Shown piece by piece: positions 1-7,629 of a stretch of 64,000 bases of DNA. Positions within the stretch are counted from its first letter, which is position 1, and each line of letters opens with the position of its first letter. The position numbers were made by a program, and so were the translations under genes. The stretch is from Candidatus Moraniibacteriota bacterium (GTDB lineage Bacteria > Patescibacteriota > Minisyncoccia > Moranbacterales > UBA1568): positions 244,151 to 308,150 of the forward strand of contig CAVZUR010000004.1 of the NCBI GenBank assembly GCA_963778555.1. Reading direction: 5' to 3'. The notes under the pieces were generated by a model. The model did no database searches, was not told the origin of the DNA, and saw only the letters and a list, made by a program, of their open reading frames with translations.

Positions 1-1175
1 GCATCCCGTTCGACGCCGATTGCCCGCGCGGCGATACCGACGACTCCATGATCCTCGCCGATCGCCCGTTCAAGCCGACCCGTATTCTGGAGCCGATTGA
101 GTAGCGACAGGCTCTCCGATACCGCGCCCATCACCTCGAGAAAGTCGTTCTCCAGGTCGACAAGGTCTGTTTTGAGCGCTTTCAGATGCTCGTTCGAAAT
201 GTCTTTTTTCAACCCACCCGGCGTCAATATGCCACGCAGAAAGCGATGGCCCGTGAGCCGCTCATGCCACTGCATCACGCGCTCGCGAAGCCGCGTCCCC
301 TGACTCCCGCCAAAAGCGAGTCCCGTATCGAGCATGATGAACGCAAGATCATTGAAGTGATTCGCCAAACGTTCGAGCTCAGCACACACTGTGCGCAAAT
401 AGAGCGCGCGCTTGGGAACCGAAGCGTCAGCCAGCGTCTCGATCGCCTGACAGTAAGCGAGGGCATGATGGAATGAGCTGTCGCCCGAGATACGCTCCGC
501 CAAATCCACACGCTGCTCAGACGAAAGTACCTCAAACAATTTCTCGGTCCCCTTGTGGACATAGCCGAGCCGCGGCTCGAGGCGGAGAATCTCCTCGCCC
601 AGCACGCTGAAGCGGAAATGTCCGGGCTCGATGATACCGGCATGCACCGGGCCGACCGGTATCTCATATACGCCTTCACCCGCGTAGTGCTTGAAGGTGG
701 CCCATTCTTTCACTTTCGGTTCGGTGCTGCGCGCATCCCACCGGAACTCTTTTCTCAGCGGGTGGATATCTTTCGGGAAATTCTCGACGTGCAGCGTGAT
801 GCGTTCCGGTTCCGGGTGCCCCTCGGGAACAAGTCCGAAAAAAGTCAAAATCTCGCGCTCGTACAAGGAGAACTCCTGATCTTCCGGCGTCAGCGATGGA
901 AATGATCCCTGGTCGGAATGGATCGAGATATAGGGTATGAGAAACCGATCTTCCTTTGGAATGCCGAAAACATAATAGATTCGGAAACCCCGACCGCTGG
1001 CGCGTTCATCGGACGCGGCGACGGTCTTCAGTGGCAGGCGATGCGTTTTCTTGAGTGTCAGGATGACCCGAGCGATATCAGTCGCATTCACTTCAAACAC
1101 GACGCGGTTGCCCTCGATCGTCGGAATGAGTCCGGTGAGACCGAAGCGCTGGAGGAGATGGAGTGGATCAATCAT
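1..1175 (-). CDS. Group-4 [NiFe]-hydrogenase large-subunit-like protein (fused NuoC/NuoD, HycE/HyfG-like). Only the N-terminal ~390 aa lie in the window; the gene continues past the window start. The N-terminal NiFe-ligating CxxC is replaced by SxxxS (Ehr large-subunit-like).
   Basis: This ORF is absent from the ORF track because it runs off the window edge. I translated the minus strand by hand from the ATG whose complement ends at 1175, and the frame stays open to position 1. The protein reads MIDPLHLLQRFGLTGLIPTIEGNRVVFEV...YEIPVGPVHAGIIEPGHFRFSVLGEEILRLEPRLGYVHKGTEKLFE...ERISGDSSFHHALAYCQAIE.... GPVHAGIIEPGHFRF is the NuoD/HycE hallmark, and the N-terminal third is NuoC-like. The position where the L1 motif R-x-C-G-x-C-xxxH is expected reads R-I-S-G-D-S-S-F-H-H. 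Confidence 0.75.
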   Translation of the reverse strand, partial: MIDPLHLLQRFGLTGLIPTIEGNRVVFEVNATDIARVILTLKKTHRLPLKTVAASDERASGRGFRIYYVFGIPKEDRFLIPYISIHSDQGSFPSLTPEDQEFSLYEREILTFFGLVPEGHPEPERITLHVENFPKDIHPLRKEFRWDARSTEPKVKEWATFKHYAGEGVYEIPVGPVHAGIIEPGHFRFSVLGEEILRLEPRLGYVHKGTEKLFEVLSSEQRVDLAERISGDSSFHHALAYCQAIETLADASVPKRALYLRTVCAELERLANHFNDLAFIMLDTGLAFGGSQGTRLRERVMQWHERLTGHRFLRGILTPGGLKKDISNEHLKALKTDLVDLENDFLEVMGAVSESLSLLNRLQNTGRLERAIGEDHGVVGIAARAIGVERD

Positions 1176-1181
1176 ACGCGT

Positions 1182-2621
1182 TTAGCGAGAGAGATTCTGG
1201 TTGATAGACTGAAGCAACAGAACGAGCGGTTCGGGTAGATACCAGCTCAGCACGAGCAAGGTGCCAAAGAGGAGGACCACAGGGAGCTGGGTAAGGAAAT
1301 GGCTTTCGCCGCGTTCGATGCCCTCCGGTACCGGACCATAGGCCAGCGCGGTCGTAAATCGGAAGAGACCAAAAAACATGACGCCGAGCGCGAGCAGCAG
1401 CGCGCCAACCAACCACGGTGAAAACGCTATGCCCGCCGAGAGGATAAGCAGCTTGGTCGCAAAGAGCGCGAAGGGCGGCAGACCGGCGAGGATGAAAATA
1501 CCAGCGAAAAAAAGCGGACCTGAGAGCGGCAATGCTTCAAGGAGGCCGCTGACGTTTTTGAGCTTGGTCGAACTGTATCGCAGGAAGATATTTCCCGCCA
1601 AGAGAAACAGCATGGATTTAGCCAGAGCATGGTAGAGCATGTGCAACAATCCTGCCATCGTCCCCACGCCGCCCAATCCGAAACCGATTACGATGAGCCC
1701 CATATGCTCGATGCTCGAGTATGCGAGGAGACGCTTGTAATTTTTCTGGACAAAAATGATGAAGGCGCCGAGAAAAACTGAAAGCATTCCGAAAAAAATG
1801 AGCAGCCCACCCGTAAACTGATCGCCATCGAGCGCAACATCAGTGATGTGTTTCCAACGCAGTACCGCAAAGAGCGCGACATTTAGGAGCACTCCTGAAA
1901 GCAAGGCTGAGATGGGTGACGGCGCTTTGCTATGGGCATCGGGAAGCCAGGTATGGAGCGGTGCCAGACCGACCTTGGTCCCATAACCGATCAGGACGAG
2001 CACGAAGGCGATCTTGACGGCGTCCGGCGGCATGAGCGTAGCCGAAGCGACGAAACCGGCCCAGTCCGTCGCTCCTGAGCGGTCGCCCAAGAGCGCAACA
2101 TACAGCAGCGTTCCTAGGAGGCCAATGAGGAGACCGAGCGAATTGAGAATGAGGTATTTCCATGCCGCTTCAGTCGACGAAGGCTTGTTGTAGAAACTGA
2201 TGAGAAAAACGGTGGCAAGCGTCGTGGCCTCGATGGCGATCCAGGTGATGATTGGGCTCGCCGTCGAAACCGCCAGATACATCGCGAACAGAAAAAGCTC
2301 GAGTAACACGAAGAACTGGCGGATCCGGCGCGGACCAATGATTCCTTTGGCGCTCTCGGCCCGCAGATAGCCGACTGAATACAGACTGACAAAAAAGCCG
2401 ACAAGCGCGATGAGAAGTGTCAGGTAGCGAGCCAGGTCATCCAGCGCCAGTGCTACGGCGCTTTCTCCTGGTACACCCGAGACAACAAACCAGAGGGCAA
2501 GGGCGAGTTCCGCTCCGGCTACGAGGATGACTGTTGCTTCCATGAACCGCACCTTCTTCGTCGGCAAGAGGAAGCAGAGGAGAGCGGACAGGAGCGGCAG
2601 GAGGACAAGGGTGAGAAGCAT
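1182..2621 (-). CDS. Antiporter-like membrane subunit (NuoN/HyfF/MnhD family) of the complex-I-like module
   Basis: 479-aa polytopic membrane ORF with NuoN/Mrp-type antiporter sequence character (...HTWLPDAHSKAPSPISALLSG...). It sits in an operon with NuoH-, NuoK-, NuoL-, NuoB- and NuoCD-like genes. Confidence 0.7.
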   Translation of the reverse strand: MLLTLVLLPLLSALLCFLLPTKKVRFMEATVILVAGAELALALWFVVSGVPGESAVALALDDLARYLTLLIALVGFFVSLYSVGYLRAESAKGIIGPRRIRQFFVLLELFLFAMYLAVSTASPIITWIAIEATTLATVFLISFYNKPSSTEAAWKYLILNSLGLLIGLLGTLLYVALLGDRSGATDWAGFVASATLMPPDAVKIAFVLVLIGYGTKVGLAPLHTWLPDAHSKAPSPISALLSGVLLNVALFAVLRWKHITDVALDGDQFTGGLLIFFGMLSVFLGAFIIFVQKNYKRLLAYSSIEHMGLIVIGFGLGGVGTMAGLLHMLYHALAKSMLFLLAGNIFLRYSSTKLKNVSGLLEALPLSGPLFFAGIFILAGLPPFALFATKLLILSAGIAFSPWLVGALLLALGVMFFGLFRFTTALAYGPVPEGIERGESHFLTQLPVVLLFGTLLVLSWYLPEPLVLLLQSINQNLSR

Positions 2622-2630
2622 AGGTATAGC

Positions 2631-3290
2631 TTAGTCTTCAATCAGGTGACGCATCTCGCGTGTATCAAGCGAACCAAACTGGCGATAGACCAGATGCAGG
2701 AAAGCGTACGCGATGACCATCCAGATGAGAATATCGAAGAGGATGCCCATCTCCAGCACAAATGCCTGCTTCACTCCCAGAAAAATGGCGAAAAGGATAA
2801 TACTGTTCTCAAGCGCCAGGACGGCGATGATCTGAGCGAGCGCCCCCTGCCGATTGATGAGCAGAAAAATAGCGATCAGCACCATCGCGATATTGAAGAT
2901 GAACACGTCCGGCGTCACCGCGGCGATCGACCACAGCGGATGAAAGACCGTCGAGGCCGAAAAAAGGATGAGACCGAGCAGAAGGACGAGTGTTGCCGGC
3001 GTAGAAAGATAGCTCGCGCTGGCAACGAGGTGTCCGAAACGGTGCAAGAGGCGGGAAAAGAAATACGGCGCGACCAGCACTTTCGCTATGAAGGTGATGG
3101 CACCGATGGCTGCCAATCCGCGCTCCCCCTCCGTCAGGCCGATAATCATGAGCACCAGAGCGACGGCTGCCGACTGGACAGCGTACAGGCGAACCGTATA
3201 CCGCGTGCTCTTGACAAGATGTAGCAGCACCACCGCGACGAACGCTATGAGGTCGAGTGAGAGAGACAATTGGAGAAGTGGTGATTCCAT
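2631..3290 (-). CDS. HyfE/NuoK-like small membrane subunit
   Basis: Hydrophobic ~215-aa protein with a NuoK-like motif IIAVLALENSIILFAIFLG. It lies between the NuoH-like and NuoN-like genes. The true start is probably an internal Met (MESPLLQ...). Confidence 0.55.
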   Translation of the reverse strand: MESPLLQLSLSLDLIAFVAVVLLHLVKSTRYTVRLYAVQSAAVALVLMIIGLTEGERGLAAIGAITFIAKVLVAPYFFSRLLHRFGHLVASASYLSTPATLVLLLGLILFSASTVFHPLWSIAAVTPDVFIFNIAMVLIAIFLLINRQGALAQIIAVLALENSIILFAIFLGVKQAFVLEMGILFDILIWMVIAYAFLHLVYRQFGSLDTREMRHLIED

Positions 3291-3294
3291 AGTC

Positions 3295-4290
3295 TTAGGC
3301 CGTGAGTGAAACCGTGAGGACAACAGCGATCATACCAAGTACAAATGAGGTAAAAAGCAGGTCGGGAACCCGAAAAATTCGATATTTGGCCATGAGCGAC
3401 TCAAGACCCGCCAGAGCCATGAGAAAACAGAGCACCTTACCGGCAAAGACGAGCACCGGGATAAGCAGTGCGGAAACTGAGACGAATTCAGACGCGACGC
3501 CCCACGGAAAGAAAATATTCGCGCCGAGAGCGATGAAGATCAAAAGCTTGTTCGCGCTCGCCCACTCCATCAGGGCGAGCCGCTTCCCCGAGTACTCAAG
3601 CAGCATCGCTTCATGAATCATCGTGAGCTCGAGATGCGTGGACGGATTGTCCACTGGAAAACGCGCGTTCTCAGCGAGGAGCGCGATGGCAAAAGCGAGA
3701 AAAGCGACGAACAGCGGAAAGGCTGCAGTGACAGAAAGATTGCCGAGTTGCGTGACCATATCCAACAGATGCCCCGTTCCCGCGAGGAAAGAAGCCGGCA
3801 ACAACGAGAAGATCAGTCCGGCCTCAGCGAGCGCCGCGACCATCATTTCCCGGCTCGAGCCGAAGCCACCGAAACCGCTACCGGCGTCCATCCCGGCTAG
3901 AGCGAGGAAAAAGGTCATGAGCGCAAAAAGGTACACAATCACGATGAAATCTCCGGTCGCCGTGAGCGTCCAAGCGGGATTTCCCGGCACCGCGGGCGCG
4001 ACGGCCGTGACGAGCGGAACGGTTGCACCCAAAAGCAATGTAATGGAAAAGATGAGATAGGGCGCGAAGCGAGTGATCCAGGAAGCGTCTTGTGAAATCA
4101 CTTCGTCTTTCGCAAAGAGTTTGCGGAGATTGCGATACGGCTGAAGGACATCGGCTCCGACCCGGCCCTGCAGCCGCGCCTTGATGCGCCGAATGATGCC
4201 GATGCAAAGCGGTGACAAGACCGGGACGGCAATAATCTGGAGCAGGAAGAAAATGGTATTCATACGAGGGATCAGGCATACGTGGCCCAC
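3295..4290 (-). CDS. NuoH/HycD/HyfC-like membrane subunit
   Basis: N-terminus ...IGIIRRIKARLQGRVGADVLQPYRNLRKLFAKDEV matches the formate-hydrogenlyase subunit 4 / NuoH signature (R-K-I-x-A-R-x-Q-x-R-x-G-P, LQPY). It is polytopic. Confidence 0.7.
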   Translation of the reverse strand: MGHVCLIPRMNTIFFLLQIIAVPVLSPLCIGIIRRIKARLQGRVGADVLQPYRNLRKLFAKDEVISQDASWITRFAPYLIFSITLLLGATVPLVTAVAPAVPGNPAWTLTATGDFIVIVYLFALMTFFLALAGMDAGSGFGGFGSSREMMVAALAEAGLIFSLLPASFLAGTGHLLDMVTQLGNLSVTAAFPLFVAFLAFAIALLAENARFPVDNPSTHLELTMIHEAMLLEYSGKRLALMEWASANKLLIFIALGANIFFPWGVASEFVSVSALLIPVLVFAGKVLCFLMALAGLESLMAKYRIFRVPDLLFTSFVLGMIAVVLTVSLTA

Positions 4291-6330
4291 AGAAGCGCGC
4301 CGATGAGCGCCAGGGCGAAATAGAGGATATACATATTCACGTTACCGGTCTGCACGCGCCGCGCCTGCTGAGCGAGAAAATGGAGCGCCTGATTGACCGG
4401 ACGATAGAGACGCTCGTGATAAATGTCCCGGAGCCCTGTCTCGATGGAAGCTGAGCGGATGAAATACCGCGTTCGCTCGTCGTGATATTCAACGGTGGAT
4501 TGCTTGGTCGGCCGGAGAACACCTTGAAAGATCGTTACCAACGAACGAGAGAAACTGGCCGGCGTGATCTCACTCCGCTCTGAAAGCGGAAAACCACAGT
4601 CCCAGGTCGGACCAATCACAACAGTTCGTTTCTCGTGCCATGAAACGGACCGCGAGCACAACGAGTCCAAAGACCAGCGCGAGAAGCACTGCCACCCTCG
4701 CGAGTGGAAGCACATCAGCAAACGCGTGCCGCGTGGCGACAATCTCCAGAAATGGGAAGCGCAGCGTCACCGGGCTCGTGAGACCGATACTCGCGACGAT
4801 GCCGGTCAGACCCGACAACACGAATGAAGAGGCGAAACCGAGAAGGAGCGTCAGGAGTGATAGCACGCCCATCGGGAGGAGCATGAACCAGGAAACTTCC
4901 TTCGCCTCCCGGGCCAGAGCCGTCCAGGCCGCGCTAAAAAGGCCGTACCAAACACTTTGACGAAACAAGCGATCGCCAGACCACCGGTGAAAACCAGACT
5001 TGAGAGCGCCACTAAAAATGCGATTTTTACTGCCAGCGGCGCGCCGATGACGCCGGCAAACAGCACTTGGAACGTAAGCCATTCACTCACAAATCCATTG
5101 AAAGGCGGAAGGGCGGCGATGGCAAGCGATCCGGCAAGGAAGAATGCAGCGGTATACGGCATGACGCGCATCAGTCCGCCAAACGACTCCATATTGCGCG
5201 TGCCCGTAGCACTAGCGACAGCACCCGCGCCAAAAAAGAGCAACGCCTTGAAGATCGCGTGATTGACGAGATGATACAGCGCGGCCGCCAGCGCGAAGAG
5301 GGCAACGCGTTCCTGCCCGAGGGCGAAGAGCGTCAATCCCGCGCCGAAAGCAATCGTGATGATGCCGACGTTTTCCACCGTGCTGTAGGCGAGAAGGCGT
5401 TTCAGATCGCGTTCGGCATTGGCATACAGGATGCCGAGGATCGCAGACACGGATCCGATAATGAGAAAGACTACCCCCCATTCGATCCGCGCGCCCTGGA
5501 AGAAATCGAAGAAGAATCGGAACAGCATGAAGATCGCCGCCTTCACCATGATGCCCAGACATCAAGGCCGAGACGTGCGATGGGGCAGCCGGGTGCGCTT
5601 CCGGCAGCCAGATATGGAGCGGGACAAGACCCGCCTTGGTAGCAAACCCAATCAGCGCCGAACCGAGGATGAACATCTCGACCGCGGGCGGAAGCGTTCC
5701 GAAGGCGTCGCGCCACGCGTCGAATGAAAATGATCCCGTGGCCTGATACGCCAGCAGACAAGCCAGAATGATAAAAGCCGTCCCAAAATGAGTCATGAGG
5801 AAATAAAGGAAACCCGCCCGAACATTTTCGACTGTTTCCCGATCGAACACGACCAGAAAATATGATGCCAATGACATCACTTCCCACACCAACAGAAAGA
5901 ACAGCGCGTGGTTCGCGATCGGAATCAAGAGCAGGCTTCCGACAAAGAGATTATAGAAAAATCCGTACGCTCCTAGGCGGTCGCTGCCGATGAAATGCCG
6001 CTGATATGCATACCCATAGACCGAGGCCAGCATGACGATGAGCGAGGCGAGACCAAGAAAAAAAGCACCCATACCATCGATCCGGAAGGACAGGTCGAGG
6101 AGCGGGAGAGCGCTGGCGAATTGCCACGCGACTCCCCGCCCCTGGAACAGCACGGTTACGGACATCACGAGTCCCACCAGCGATCCGAGTACAGCGAAAC
6201 CATGGGCGAAAGTATTCGCCAGAACGCCCCCATCCGCGATCCTCGCTCCTGCCCAAAGCGATGCCAAAGCGCCGGCGAGAAACAACCCGACCAGGAGAAA
6301 GAGTGCGTTTACTGTCAAAAAAAATTCCAT
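4275..6330 (-). CDS. NuoL/HyfB/MrpA-like antiporter subunit, split over at least 3 frames (either an interrupted gene or sequencing indels)
   Basis: ORF 5212..6330 matches the N-terminal two-thirds of the NuoL family (...HIWLPEAHPAAPSHVSALMSG). The frame is lost right after SALMSG at about 5555. ORF 4851..5549 continues the homology in another frame (VMVKAAIFMLFR...). ORFs 4570..5082 and 4272..4742 carry the hydrophobic C-terminal continuation in two further frames. Confidence 0.65.
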
Positions 6331-6348
6331 AGTCGCTCGGCTTTCGGA

Positions 6349-6894
6349 TTACTCCTTCACGTCTTTCGGCCGGCGCTGATCGATCGTATCAAGGATCCCC
6401 AACAATGCCTTGAGGACAGTGGTCGGCGACGGAGGGTCACCAGGAATCTTGAAGTCTACTGGAACGATATCCCCGACCTGATCGTACACTGCGTACGAGC
6501 CGCGGTAGATGCTGCCGCCGATAGCACCGTCCCCGACCGCCACGACCCACTTCGGAGTTGGCATCGCCTCGTACGCATGACGCAGGCCATCTGCCATATT
6601 GCGGCTGACGGGACCCGTCACGAAGAGCATATCCGCATGCCGTGGTGACGCGACGAACTGCACGCCGAAACGTTCGATATCATAGTATGCGTTCGTCAGA
6701 GCCGTCAATTCCTGCTCTTCCGCATTGCTCGATCCGGCGGCGACCTGTCGAATGGCTATCGACCCACCGAAAATCTGAGTGGCGCGTTTCTTGATCGCCT
6801 GACCGAGCACCTCGGTGTCGCTGCTTTCACGGATATCCCGCTCGCTTTTGACCTGAAGCGGCGTCATGAAGATTTTCTTCAGCATGCGGTACAT
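6349..6894 (-). CDS. NuoB/HycG-like small subunit that lacks all four [4Fe-4S]-ligating cysteines (Ehr small-subunit-like)
   Basis: Clear NuoB-family core: YDIERFGVQFVASPRHADMLFVTGPVSRNM...MPTPKWVVAVGDGAIGGSIY...IVPVDFKIPGDPPSP. Relative to NuoB, the CCxxE motif reads SSNAEE, GACAxxGG reads GDGAIGG, and PGCPP reads PGDPP. Confidence 0.75.
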   Translation of the reverse strand: MYRMLKKIFMTPLQVKSERDIRESSDTEVLGQAIKKRATQIFGGSIAIRQVAAGSSNAEEQELTALTNAYYDIERFGVQFVASPRHADMLFVTGPVSRNMADGLRHAYEAMPTPKWVVAVGDGAIGGSIYRGSYAVYDQVGDIVPVDFKIPGDPPSPTTVLKALLGILDTIDQRRPKDVKE

Positions 6895-6971
6895 AATCGT
6901 CTTTCAATCGGTAGAAATAAAACAGCCAGCAGGAACTCCCTCCGGCTATTTACCCGACTATCGTACTCCAC

Positions 6972-7616
6972 TCATCCCTTTTTGTCCATTTCAGCCTCTT
7001 CCAAAGCCTCGCGTTTCATCTGCCTCCGGTCTCGCCAGTATTCGAATGCGCCCGGTAGAATGGAAAGGAAGATAATAAGCAGAACAATCGGTAGCAGATA
7101 CTTGTCGATGTCCTTAATCAGCCCACCGAGGTAATACGCGAGGGTTGTTAGGCCAACGGACCAGAGGAGTGCTCCAATAAAGTTAAAGAAGGCAAATGTC
7201 CCATAATGCATCCGCGCCACGCCAGCTACAATCGGGGCAAAGGTCCGAACAATTGGAATGAAACGAGCCAGTACGATAGTTTTTCCGCCGTAGCGCTCAT
7301 AGAACGCCTGAGCTTTCCGAATATGGGATTTCCGAAATAAGAGGGAATCCTCGCGCGAAAAGATTTTCGGTCCGACGTACGCACCGAACCAATACCCCAC
7401 CATGTTTCCCGTAAAGGCGGCCACGAAGAGGATGATGAGTAGGAGCGGCAAGGAGAAGAATCCTTGCGCCGCAAGCACCCCGGCGACAAAGAGCAGGCTA
7501 TCACCTGGGAAAAAGAACCCGAGGAACAGCCCTGTCTCGGCGAAAACAATAGCGAAAAGCCCGATGTACCCAATCGTCTTGATTGCTGAAATCATGTCGA
7601 TACCGAAGAATTCCAT
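6972..7616 (-). CDS. DedA/SNARE-associated family membrane protein
   Basis: 214-aa ORF with the typical DedA signature (...GLFLGFFFPGDSLLFVAGVLAAQG...RFIPIVRTFAPIVAGVARMHY...). Confidence 0.8.
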   Translation of the reverse strand: MEFFGIDMISAIKTIGYIGLFAIVFAETGLFLGFFFPGDSLLFVAGVLAAQGFFSLPLLLIILFVAAFTGNMVGYWFGAYVGPKIFSREDSLLFRKSHIRKAQAFYERYGGKTIVLARFIPIVRTFAPIVAGVARMHYGTFAFFNFIGALLWSVGLTTLAYYLGGLIKDIDKYLLPIVLLIIFLSILPGAFEYWRDRRQMKREALEEAEMDKKG

Positions 7617-7629
7617 AGTTGCAAAAAAC

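Noticed and set aside
186-1238. Plus-strand ORFs 186..476, 555..905 and 918..1238 at the window start
   Set aside because: Hand translation of the opposite strand gives an uninterrupted ~390-codon NuoC/NuoD-like protein with hallmark motifs. The plus-strand ORFs are therefore shadow frames of a GC-rich gene.
2646-3224. 192-aa plus-strand ORF rich in Arg, Asp, Glu and His
   Set aside because: It is antisense to the NuoK/HyfE-like membrane gene. The charged low-complexity peptide is characteristic of a reverse-frame read of a hydrophobic protein gene.
4272-4742. 156-aa ORF as an independent small gene between the NuoL-like and NuoH-like genes
   Set aside because: Only its C-terminal half is hydrophobic, and it continues the NuoL-family C-terminus from ORF 4570..5082 in another frame. 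The N-terminal half is Arg/Ser/Cys-rich noise.
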